DNA of 62,519 bases, filler included, from Lenisia limosa (taxonomy: Eukaryota > Protista > Breviatea): assembly GCA_001655205.1 (NCBI GenBank). It is 13 parts of 13 records of this genome, joined end to end, with 100 filler letters (N's around TTAATTAATTAA, not from the genome) between each part and the next. Parts side by side here need not be neighbours in the genome. Positions count along the whole stretch, not along the records: positions 49,078 to 50,393 come from LPNZ01006382.1; positions 50,494 to 52,932 come from LPNZ01007983.1; positions 53,033 to 54,818 come from LPNZ01002909.1; positions 54,919 to 56,199 come from LPNZ01001845.1; positions 56,300 to 58,760 come from LPNZ01001895.1; positions 58,861 to 60,761 come from LPNZ01007101.1; 7 more parts are not named here. One strand, given 5' to 3'. Numbering within the stretch: the stretch's first letter is position 1; each line of letters opens with the position of its first letter. Shown here piece after piece: positions 50,317 to 60,860 of the stretch. The translations under genes were made by a program, and so were the position numbers. The notes beneath the pieces are model-generated. The model saw only the letters and a program-made list of their open reading frames with translations, did not search any database and was not told where the DNA came from.

Positions 50317-50809
50317 TCTGTAACAACTGGACACCAGCACAACCAGAATGAAACGAGTAAACCAGGGGAAAACAACTCGCAAACCTCGAAGACNNNNNNN
50401 NNNNNNNNNNNNNNNNNNNNNNNNNNNNNNNNNNNNNTTAATTAATTAANNNNNNNNNNNNNNNNNNNNNNNNNNNNNNNNNNNNNNNNNNNNTTCTAGA
50501 AAAGACATTTCTCGATAAATCTTTGAAAATTATCGACATTTTCCCGGTCTTTTTCAGACCGAAGTGAAGCCTTAGCTGCATATGCTACTATATGGAAGCC
50601 ACGAAATACATTCCAACTTGGTCACAAGATAATGAATAGGAATGCCAAAAAAGTGGCTCATCTAAAAATGGGGTGGCGTTGTTATAGCATACCAATACCA
50701 AGGGCTTCCCTTCGGTCCGAAAAAGACCGGTCAAATGTCGATATTAATCTTTTTCGAGAAATTCAGTCTTTTTTTGGGAAGCCCTAAGCTGCATACCGCA
50801 CCCCCCTCA

Positions 50810-52060
50810 CGCCAGCATTGACGTTCATGCTAAAGAGGTCGGTTGCAGTGCGCTCGGCTTCAGTCCGGGAAGAGACCACTATAATTGTAGGACGTCCACG
50901 GCTCTTACGCATGATTGCGTTATAGACGGGCTTGGCGAAGGAAAGGACACGAGCTATTGGGTAAAACGAAGGAAATTTATGGGGGAAAAAAAAAACACTG
51001 TGGGTTGAAAACAAAGCCCAGGCCTGCAGCAACACAACCCATCACTCCATCGTAAAAAAACTATTTATATAATATATAAAAACAATTTTTATATACTATG
51101 CATGTACCCACACACACCCATCGATAATAATAATTATATGATGATAGGCAACCCCCAACCTCTGTGGTGATAGGCGTCAGAAGAGGTGAAGCCGACTTCG
51201 ATAGGAACGGGTCGGACAGTGGCATGGAAATTGAAGAGAGCGGACATGGGGGCATCGATCCACTCGCCCATGTTCTGTTGAGTAAATTTGGAAAATGTAT
51301 GACACAACAACAACAAAAAAAAAANNNNNNNNNNNNNNNNNNNNNNNNNNNNNNNNNNNNNNNNNNNNNNNNNNNNNNNNNNNNNNNNNNNNNNNNNNNN
51401 NNNNNNNNNNNNNNNNNNNNNNNNNNNNNNNNNNNNNNNNNNNNNNNNNNNNNNNNNNNNNNNATGGTCTCGAGAATGTGTCCGTCTTGGCCTCCGAGGA
51501 GATGCAGATCGTCGAAGATCAGGAGGTCTGGGGGGAGTAAAGCGAAGGAAATTTCGATAAAGAATAATAAGAACATGGGGGGGGGGGGGGNNNNNNNNNN
51601 NNNNNNNNNNNNNNNNNNNNNNNNNNNNNNNNNNNNNNNNNNNNNNNNNNNNNNNNNNNNNNNNNNNNNNNNNNNNNNNNNNNNNNNNNNNNNNNNNNNN
51701 NNNNNNNNNNNNNNNNGTAAGGTGAATGTGATTAAAAGCCGCACCATCTAGGGCTTCCCTCCGAAAAAGACCGTTAAAGTATCGATATTTATCGAGAGAT
51801 TCGGTCTTTTTATGGGATTGTAGGGAAGCTCTAATCCCATCACAGTACGAAGGATTAGTCATCCTTTTTCTAACTTTTAAATTATATGTTAAAAAAAACA
51901 ATAATAAATAATAACAAAAACAAAAAAAAAACACCCGTACCAAGGTTCTGGATGTTCTTCCTCTGTCTCCATCTACGTGACAGGTTGTCCCAGTTCTTGG
52001 CCGAAGCAAAGATAAGATCGCTCTGAATGGTAAACATCGGGACTGAATGAGTGTAGATTG

Positions 52061-52099
<39 letters not shown>

Positions 52100-52920
52100 C
52101 ACCAGCCCTTATCAAAGCCCTCACCTTCTCAATAGCCTTGATATCGACATTGGTCTCGCCGGAGAGCACAGCAGTCTCCATTCCAAGCCCCTCGAAGACA
52201 GGACCCCACTCCTCTTCGCGCTGGCGCACCACGTCGTCCTAGGAGGGGGGGAGGAAATTAAAAGACAAATGAACGTACAATCCCCTTGTCGGTCTTGCTA
52301 TGGTTGATAATAGGAATTTGTGCATTTTTGAAGAAATTAATAATAAAAATTGATACCAAGGCATGGTAATTTGTTGATGGTATCCTTATGTATTTATTTG
52401 TTACCCTAGATTTCTGTGCATATTATTTCTCTTGAACTATCCCCTCACCCTCAAATGGATATAAACGACCTTGCCGTTTCCTGAGGCCTTATCCTGGCTA
52501 ATCTGGTTCAAGAGGCGGAAGATGGCAAATTCGGCGCAGATCGTCTTGGGGGAGTAAAATTGGGAAATTTGTGAAACAACAGAAAAACTACCAAAAATTA
52601 ACTCTGCTGGCTAGAAACACAGAGGGAGAACAAAAAAAAAAGGGGGGGTGAGAGAGAGAGAGAGACAGAGAGAGAGAGAGCGAGAGAACGAAAATAGTGA
52701 ACAATCTACTCTGAGGGTTACCCACCTTGCCGGCACCTGAAGGAGCAGCAACGAGGCAGTTGTCGTCCGTGGTAAAGAGAGCAGTGAAGGACTGTGTTTG
52801 GATCGCGTTGAAATGTGAGAACCTGGGGAGTAAAATTAGAAAATTTTCAGATACATAATGAAAGTCCAATAAAAATCCAAAAAAAATCCATGAACCTGGG
52901 GGCGTAGAGTGACTGGAGAA
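50810..52920 (-). CDS. SNRNP200: U5 snRNP 200 kDa helicase BRR2, C-terminal cassette fragment
   Basis: FSHFNAIQTQSFTALFTTDDNCLVAAPSGAGK|TICAEFAI, NWDNLSRRWRQRKNIQNL, DLLIFDDLHLLGGQDGHILE, GEWIDAPMSALFNFHATVRPVP, ARVLSFAKPVYNAI. Confidence 0.9.
52340..52440. repeat. Family C dispersed ~100-bp repeat. Others: ~1705-1790, ~5250-5285 (partial), ~36765-36855
   Basis: Shared core ATGGTATCCCTATGTATTTATTTGTT(T/A)CCC(T/A)AGATTTC. Confidence 0.7.
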
Positions 52921-53170
52921 TTTCACTGTTGANNNNNNNNNNNNNNNNNNNNNNNNNNNNNNNNNNNNNNNNNNNNTTAATTAATTAANNNNNNNNNNNN
53001 NNNNNNNNNNNNNNNNNNNNNNNNNNNNNNNNTGAAACGAACGAAATTTCGATGAAGAACGTAAACAGAGTGGGTGTGACAAATAAAAACAACCTCTCAA
53101 CATCATATCATATAATACATGTACTATGTAGCATAGTATTTGGATATGGCGCAACATCTAATCGTCCATA

Positions 53171-53696
53171 GGCCAAGACAAGATGCTTCGCGTATTCTCG
53201 GTCAATAACAACAAGTTCAAGTTTGAGCGGCAACTGTACCTTGGCAACTTCCAAGGCTTACCTCACACTGTAAGTTTCTTCGCTCTTTGACTGTCCGTGA
53301 TAAGTCCTGACACGGATATTGATCTTTCAGTTTTGTCAATGGACTTATTGCAGTCGCGACGGATTATGTTGTGTTGATATATTAAGTCCAATTAGTACAA
53401 ATATATACAGTGACCGGGATAGGTCTTGAAAAATTCTTCCTTGGGAAATCACACAGCAAATCGGTCAAGACTTATCCCGGTCACTGTATTTTTTTCCCCC
53501 ATCAAATCCATCACCCCCCCCCCANNNNNNNNNNNNNNNNNNNNNNNNNNNNNNNNNNNNNNNNNNNNNNNNNNNNNNNNNNNNNNNNNNNNNNNNNNNN
53601 NNCAACGCAGCGATCCTCCAAACGGCTGACGGCGTATTCATGGCTATTGCTACTATTGACTTTTTCGCTGTTCTGCAGATCGAAGATGCTGATGGT
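53171..53696 (+). CDS. WD40-like repeat protein fragment
   Basis: GQDKMLRVFSVNNNKFKFERQLYLGNFQGLPHT|FVNGLIAVATD (GxDxxxRVF pattern). Confidence 0.45.
53406..53488. mobile_element. Family D MITE (79 bp, TA|CAGTG...CACTG|TA). Other copies: 24821-24900, 61701-61750 (half)
   Basis: TA CAGTGACCGGGATAGGTCTTGA ... TCAAGACTTATCCCGGTCACTG TA. Confidence 0.88.
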
Positions 53697-55874
53697 GGGT
53701 GTTTTTTGATGAGGAGGCTATTTATGGATATGATTGTACATTTTGTATATTGATTATTTTGTATTTCGTGAGAATGCTACTCGGTATATATCCATGGTCT
53801 TGTAAGTATGCCAGATTGGCTCTTTTTTCTTTTATTCCGGCAAGCTCGGCATTTTGTATTAAAACCAAGTCCTCACTCCATAGGAACTCTTTGCAAGACC
53901 CCTGCAGTGAAGTCCACCTTCTTCCCCTCAAATCCCTTCGGATTTTCGGTGGTCGTTCCAGGCCTGCCTATCATTGCTCAGCTCCCAGTACCAAGCCAGG
54001 GAATAGCTCAGGTCAGTGGAAACAAACGGTCGAGTAATTGTTAAAAAGTACCCGCCTTTGGACACAAAAACTAAAAAATATCCGTATTAATCGAGTATTT
54101 CTGGGAGTATGTCACTTTTGGGGTCTTTTGTGATGTTGGTTTTGGTAGGGTTCCAATTTGTGTATCAAAGTGAAGAATCTCACCCGACCAGGCCATTTCT
54201 CTGCTTCATGATGCCAAGGCTTTCCATGTCGCTGTCTGCTTCAAAAGTGACAAGCCCCTGATCTACAAGCTCATCTAAGCGCTGTGACTCAATCTCAATT
54301 TAGTGTTATGTTAATGTTTTATATAAATGTATTATGTATCATATAATAGTATGTGCTATTTTCTCTCTGAAGTGACAGTTAAGAGACTGTCAACATCGCC
54401 AGATATCACTATTCAACACATTCACAAGTTCCCGAGTTCTGACGAATCGATCTTCTTTGCCAAAATTTCAGAAAAACTCAAATTTACCAAGAGTTTTTTT
54501 TAAAAAATAATACATAGCACAAAGAGGCAAAAAATAAAAAACTACTGCACGAAGATGAGATACTGTTCGGAGTATTTGTAGGTCCCTGTGAACCCAATGG
54601 AGTCATTCGACTCCAAGGCAATGTCTTTGATAGGTGTAGAGTAGTCAAATATTCCTGCTCCGCTTCTACAAAGAATAACATGATTAAGGATTCTACAAAT
54701 AATATGATTTAGGATTCAACAAAGAATTACATGTTTAAGGATGAGACAGCATGCATTCCCACAAATCCCTCCACTCCATCATAAGCACCGCCTTGAAACC
54801 TTCCAACACCCCCCCCCCNNNNNNNNNNNNNNNNNNNNNNNNNNNNNNNNNNNNNNNNNNNNTTAATTAATTAANNNNNNNNNNNNNNNNNNNNNNNNNN
54901 NNNNNNNNNNNNNNNNNNAGAAAATAAAAAAAAGTGGACACGGTCATGTCCCTGGACACGGTCATGTCCCCCCACCTAGTACTATATTATATAATATTAG
55001 AAACCTAGAGTTCATAGGGAAGCCACAAAACAAATCACGAACTGCATCAATAATATATTCAATCAATATCCATTTGGGGGTTATTTCATGAATTAAATAT
55101 TATTATACACTATACACGATATAGTATTGGATATTAGTAAATTATAGATTCACCCATCATTTGCCTTAAAACTATGTGTAGACAGCTTCTGCGTGCCTCC
55201 CCAGCATACCTGGGCTATAGCCATAGTCCTGAGGGGTACACTACATGCCTCATTGATGACTAAATCCTGGGGGTGGAGGGTGAATAAGCTGGGGATCGGT
55301 CATGAGATCGTATCATTAGTTGATATATATGAGTTGACATAGTTCTGGTATGCTATATAGAATATGATATACTATGTGAGTGTAATAATTGAAGGTGGTG
55401 AAATGTTTTTTTTTTATCACAACACCCTAGGTTTTAATGGTCAAATTGGGAAATTTTTGAACCACCCTGTTGGGAAGTATTTGGGAATACATAGGGTTAA
55501 AGCAGGATGGTAATTTTCGTTCGATTTTCGTTCAATTGTCTTTAAGATTGGCGCATATTGAATGTGATTTACCAAAACGTGGAGTCTTTCAATTAGAATA
55601 GTTTCTAACAGGATCCGTGACATTTTCTGAATTACCACCCTGCATTAAAAGCAACAAAACCAACAAAGGCAAGGCCAGTCGCTTCTGAGGGATGAATAAG
55701 ATGGGGATTCGGTGGCAGTAGGGTGGGAAGTAAAATTGGAAAATTTATAAAACACGTCCACTCTTTCTTAAATTCAATATTTCACCCCATCTCTCCAAAA
55801 GCCCCCACCAAGAGAACTGAAATAAGTTGTGGGCTTTCACCATTGGACTGAAAGAATGCGGTTGCCTGTTGTAC

Positions 55875-56008
55875 CTGGGGGAGGAGGAGTAAAATTGGAA
55901 ATTTTATGAAACAAAAAAGCCCAAAATCAACACTGTTGGCTGACAACATCAAAGCAAGAGGGTTGATAACAACAAAATAAACAAAGCCCGAGCCAGTCGC
56001 TTCTGCAG
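55875..56008 (-). mobile_element. Family A dispersed repeat, best full copy. Others: 13651-13735(+), 17300-17440, 18083-18180, 22770-22800, 37067-37170, 49078-49093, 50954-51032, 51528-51576, 52545-52625, 52823-52895, 53033-53070, 55651-55755, 57725-57844(+), 60061-60110, 60923-61055
   Basis: Transcript-sense consensus CTGCAGAAGCGACTGGCCTAGGCTTTGTTTGTTTTGTTGTT...GCCAACAGAGTTGATTTTGGGCTTTTTTTGTTTCATAAAATTTTCCAATTTTACTCCCC(C)n..AG. A subtype ends ATTTCCTTCGTTTTACTCCCC..AG. Confidence 0.85.
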
Positions 56009-56994
56009 CTGCCCCCAAGAAAAGCCAGAATTAACAATGTTGGCTCTAAGTATACGAGGGTTGAAAAAAAAAGCCCGCATCCCGGAAGGGTTAGAGCACG
56101 ATTGATTTTTTCAGTGAGCGATAAAATTTAAACTATTTTTAACTTATGTTATCTACCTCCTCCTGAGGAGGCAGATAAAAAAAAAAAAAAAAAAAAAAAN
56201 NNNNNNNNNNNNNNNNNNNNNNNNNNNNNNNNNNNNNNNNNNNTTAATTAATTAANNNNNNNNNNNNNNNNNNNNNNNNNNNNNNNNNNNNNNNNNNNNT
56301 TTTTTTTTTTTTTTGTATGTTATCTGTTTCCTTACTCTTTGATTGTTTTCTTTTTTTGGGACTGAAGGAAAGTTCAATCAAAGAAATACCCTTGTAAGGT
56401 GAAGAAAGGGAGGCTTCAAAGGGGAGCAATATTTATTAGCTTTTAACATGCGCCTAAGAAGGATCTCGTGTGTTTTGATTGGGGACTGGTTCTGATGTAT
56501 CCCCCTCCCCCCATCCCATTAAGGAAGTGCTCTCAAATATCTCATCACGAAGGTGCTGTTTCGGAATAGCCACAATGGTATTTGTCAATATTACCACAAT
56601 GGAATCATTCTGAACCGAATCTTTTAAAAGACCGAACCTTTGGCGTCAACAAGCCTCCCGCTGACCTAGCAGCCGGGGTGATGTTGGTGACTTCGTCCAG
56701 ATGAACAACGAAGGTGACATTATTCTTAAAAAGTTAAAGACAAACAACGTAAAAGAAACCATATGTTAACTAGGAAAAGCAAGGCTAAACAAGTGGTCAA
56801 TAAAGAGCCTGCTGCCAACACAGTCATTAATAAAATCATAATGTAGTTCGGTATCGCCAAGACAGCAAGAATGCCAGTTTCCAGCGGCATTAAACGCTAT
56901 GTTCAACTTCAATCCATCAGCTATAACAAAAACGTGACAAAAATATCAACAAAATTACATCATTGTATACAGAAAGAACATCCACAACACAAAC

Positions 56995-57055
56995 CGGATG
57001 ATGGTGGTGGGAGCCAGATGATGGTGGTGAGAGCCGGATAATGGTGGTGGGAGCG
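56995..57055. repeat. 20-bp tandem repeat x3
   Basis: CCGGAT(G/A)ATGGTGGTG(G/A)GAG units. Confidence 0.75.
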
Positions 57056-57615
57056 TTGCCTAAGAGAGAGGAAATTAGTTTAGTCGAAGCACATAATTAT
57101 CTTTCACCAGAGACCAAGACAATCCCAAAAAAACGTTGCTACTTCGTTTTTCTGTTGCAGTTGTTTTATTATTTTGGTATTATTGTCATTTAGTTTGTCC
57201 ACAATTGATATCTGTAATTTTGCCCGCTCGAGTACTCACAATTTAGCACCCCCCCCCCCNNNNNNNNNNNNNNNNNNNNNNNNNNNNNNNNNNNNNNNNN
57301 NNNNNNNNNNNNNNNNNNNNNNNNNNNNNNNNNNNNNNNNNNNNNNNNNNNNNNNNNNNNNACCTGATACCTTATAAGGGCCTCACTTCGGTCCGAAAAT
57401 GACTGGTAAAACATCGATAGTTTTCGAAGATTTGTCGATTTCCGAGTCGATGTAAAAGCCCAACTGAAAAGTGATGTTTTTATTTCAGAACCGTTGTTCT
57501 GAAATACATGAGCTTTATATGGGTACCTAGTTATAAATACAGAAATGAACTTTATTGCAATAAAACGACATTTCTATCACGAATTTGACCGACATGATTT
57601 ACGGTTACGAATTAG

Positions 57616-57972
57616 GATTGGCAACACCTTGCTGACAAGGACCCTCCCTTCATCCCCCAACCGCCTCACCCTGAGTCCACAATGTATCACGATGGTGGGA
57701 AGTGTCGTAAGTTATTATATTGTCTCCCTGCTTTGTTTGTTCGTTTTCAATCCTTGTGTGTTGCTGGCCAATAGAGTTAATTGTTGGCTTTTTTTATTAT
57801 TATTATTCATAAATTTCCCAATTCCACTCCCCCTCACACCGCAGACCGGTCCTCGCGCCACGGTAACCGTCTGAGCGCAGTCATGAGGGCGGTTCAGGGA
57901 GAAACGCTGGCAGACCCTGACGACATGGAGTGGGGGAGGACTCTTTTTGGGTTTAGGAGATTTGGAGAATGA
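57616..57972 (+). CDS. C-terminal exons of an AGC-family kinase (MAST/IRE-like tail)
   Basis: DWQHLADKDPPFIPQPPHPESTMYHD|DRSSRHG resembles the AGC tail DWxxL...PPFIP...DTSYFDxRS. Confidence 0.6.
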
Positions 57973-58026
57973 GCAGTTATGATGGTGATAATTGAAGTGA
58001 AGAAGATGATGATATGATGATGGGGT

Positions 58027-58095
58027 TCGACTGGAGTGGAGTTCGTGACTGGAGTTCGTGACTGGAGTTCGTGACTGGGGTGGAGTTCGGAGTTT
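58027..58095. repeat. 13-bp tandem repeat x3 plus degenerate flanks
   Basis: (ACTGGAGTTCGTG)3. Confidence 0.8.
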
Positions 58096-58701
58096 GGGAG
58101 TAAACATTCTGTTAAAAGACAGAATTTCTCCTTTGAGCGGACCTTTGGGAAGCCCTAAATCACTTTTTCAATTTCTCACTTACACATGCTAACAACCCTA
58201 CCCCCCAGGTTCGCATTTATGAATTACGCCGAACTAGCCGAGTTAACGCACAACCTCAACTCCAAAGTGGGTGTCTGTGTACTGGCCTTTTAAGGAAGGA
58301 AATGAAGTTTAAAATGGACAGCATCTCATTGCTGCATATATAATAGGAATACAGCCATGCGCAACCTACTGTAAAAAGAAGGTGTCCCTGCACACTTACC
58401 ATATTAGGCAGTTGAGACGATGGGCGTTGACGAGGATGATGTTGAGTCTCAAACATCATCATCACCTAATCTGAACTCCTCCTTCAACAATGAAGAATAT
58501 TTGTCAAGAAAAGAGTCACCACATGCTATGCACCCTCAAAGCTCAACTTCCTCGCTCGCTCCACAGGAGTCCACGGGGTCCCTTGCCTCTTTGGACTTCG
58601 CGTCAGCGTATGGCACCTCGATTTCCTCGGTAAGAGGCAGGGGGGAAATGCTCTTTGGATGCCTAACTTCCAACATGGCTATCTCTCTCTCGAGTGTGTC
58701 T

Positions 58702-58760
58702 GTTTTGTTTTGTTTTGTTTTGTTTTGTTTTGTTTTGTTTTGTTTTGTTTTGTTTTGTTT
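58702..58760. repeat. (GTTTT)n microsatellite at a contig end
   Basis: At least 11 units directly visible. Confidence 0.9.
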
Positions 58761-58869
58761 NNNNNNNNNNNNNNNNNNNNNNNNNNNNNNNNNNNNNNNN
58801 NNNNTTAATTAATTAANNNNNNNNNNNNNNNNNNNNNNNNNNNNNNNNNNNNNNNNNNNNCTGCAAAAC

Positions 58870-60345
58870 AAGGTTCCCCTCTCACGCCATTGAGCGCCTG
58901 CGACGCGCAAAACATCCAGTTGGCGCGATGATGGTAGTTGGAGGGATCCTTGAGAGTGAGTGGCCCGACTTCTAGAAGAGTCTTCAGAATACCCTCGCAG
59001 TATCTAACGGGGGAGGGGGTTAAAATGAGTACAAAAGGTGGGGGATTTAATTTTCCTGTTAATTGCACTGGTATGTTTCTAATTATTGCACCTGTCAACA
59101 ACAAAAAAGCATCAAACTTAAATCAAAAAAAAGAAATACAGTTTTTCGCAAAAAAAAAAGTCGCTCCTAACTGGGCTCGAACCAGTGACCTATCGGTTAA
59201 CAGCCGAGCGCTCTACCATCTGAGCCATAAGAGCATATCTAGTGGCATTTTAATTTGAAAGTCAATGATGATCTAAATTTGACATTTTCAAAAAATCCTT
59301 ATTTTTTATGGGCACAATATTTTTTCTGTAATTTTTCTGTGCCTCTTCAAACCTGATTTGAACAAGGTTCTCCTCCTCCTTTCCAGTGAGATAGGCCTCA
59401 AGCACATGTACAAAGGCGTCAACAACTCCATTACCAATCTAAAAAATGAGATGCGGTGAGGGGATGGCATGTAGAAACGCGAGACCTAAAAAACACAAAA
59501 GGAGCAAAATTATCTTGCAAAACTTCTGTGGTATCAGTTTGGTCGTTTTTCAGGATGATCTATATGAGAGCTTCACCTTTGGTTCCAAAAGCCATGTGCA
59601 ATATCGATATTTAATGAGGATTTATCGGAATTTAGTCTTTTTTAGAACCGAAAGTGACCCACCTGGCGGGGAGGCAGCGAGTACGTGAGAACGGGATCAA
59701 GGATGCAGAACTTCGGGAAAACATGGCGTGATCTGGGCAGAATAAGTACATAGTTGGGGGAAGCGTCTACTTTAAAACAGCCTAATATAACTAGTCTTTA
59801 GGTTAAAGATATCCAAAATATAGACGATAAAGAAGAATAATTAATTACCAAATTAGAAATGAGAACGACTTCCTGTAATTAATTTTTTGACTAAATTGAC
59901 ACAATATTAAATGAAACCGTCCGAAAAGGCGTTTCTATGACAACACTGCACTCCTCCCTTCAAATTTTAATAATTGCACGGAGCCTTAGAAATGAGCCAG
60001 TTTATCGGGGTATGTTGCGATGTGCTAAAGCATAGCCACAAGACATTCATTTTTGTGGGCCGGGGGGAGGGGGGGGGGAGTAAAACGAAGGAAATTTCGA
60101 TGAAGAAAAGNNNNNNNNNNNNNNNNNNNNNNNNNNNNNNNNNNNNNNNNNNNNNNNNNNNNNNNNNNNNNNNNNNNNNNNNNNNNNNNNNNNNNNNNNN
60201 NNNNNNNNNNNNNNNNNNNNNCGAGCCAGCCTTGTCAAATTCGCATATAAATCATGACAAATAATTATATTGTGCCTCAAACCTGAAAACACCCTTGAAA
60301 GTCTGAGATCTTCTGGAAACCACAGAAAGCATATTGTTCTCCGAT
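58870..60345 (-). CDS. Iron-containing NAD(P)H-dependent alcohol dehydrogenase, YqhD/BdhA type, partial
   Basis: GSENNMLSVVSRRSQTFK, RHVFPKFCILDPVLTYSLPPRQ|IGNGVVDAFVHVLEAYLT...LVQIR|YCEGILKTLLEVGPLTLKDPSNYHHRANWMFCASQALNG follow YqhD/Bdh motifs in order. Confidence 0.88.
59162..59234 (-). tRNA. tRNA-Asn(GTT)
   Basis: Reverse complement GCTCTTATGGCTCAGATGGTAGAGCGCTCGGCTGTTAACCGATAGGTCACTGGTTCGAGCCCAGTTAGGAGCG folds as a cloverleaf and is followed by oligo-T. Confidence 0.93.
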
Positions 60346-60860
60346 CTATAAAGGGTCAAACACAGGTACAAGTAGGGCTTCCGTATGAATAGATTTCCCG
60401 ATAAATCTTTGATATTTTGACCCTAGGTACAAGGTTACAGCTTATTTTAGATCAAGAAGAACAATCAATATCCAGCATCTAAACAATAAATATCGATATT
60501 TAACCGGACTTTTTTGGACCGAAGGTAATCTCCAGTACGGCACATCGACTTGGAATTTCTTTGTAGTGTTTGGAAATACCATAATTGCTTTTCGGATTTC
60601 CATATAACTACATGGGGGAAATCCTCACTATTTCATACGAATCCCAAGTCAATGTGCCATAACGTATATTACATCTCAGTATATATTATAATATGGCAAT
60701 GAGAAATCAAACAATAAGGTTCTATCTGGCCGAAGCCGTCCACGCCATAGTGTAATCATGANNNNNNNNNNNNNNNNNNNNNNNNNNNNNNNNNNNNNNN
60801 NNNNNTTAATTAATTAANNNNNNNNNNNNNNNNNNNNNNNNNNNNNNNNNNNNNNNNNNN

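Noticed and set aside
51061-52102. Long ORFs of 195-322 aa in the track
   Set aside because: They run through N gaps and introns of BRR2.
56995-58095. Short tandem repeats as CRISPR-like arrays
   Set aside because: No unique spacers, a eukaryotic context and no cas genes.
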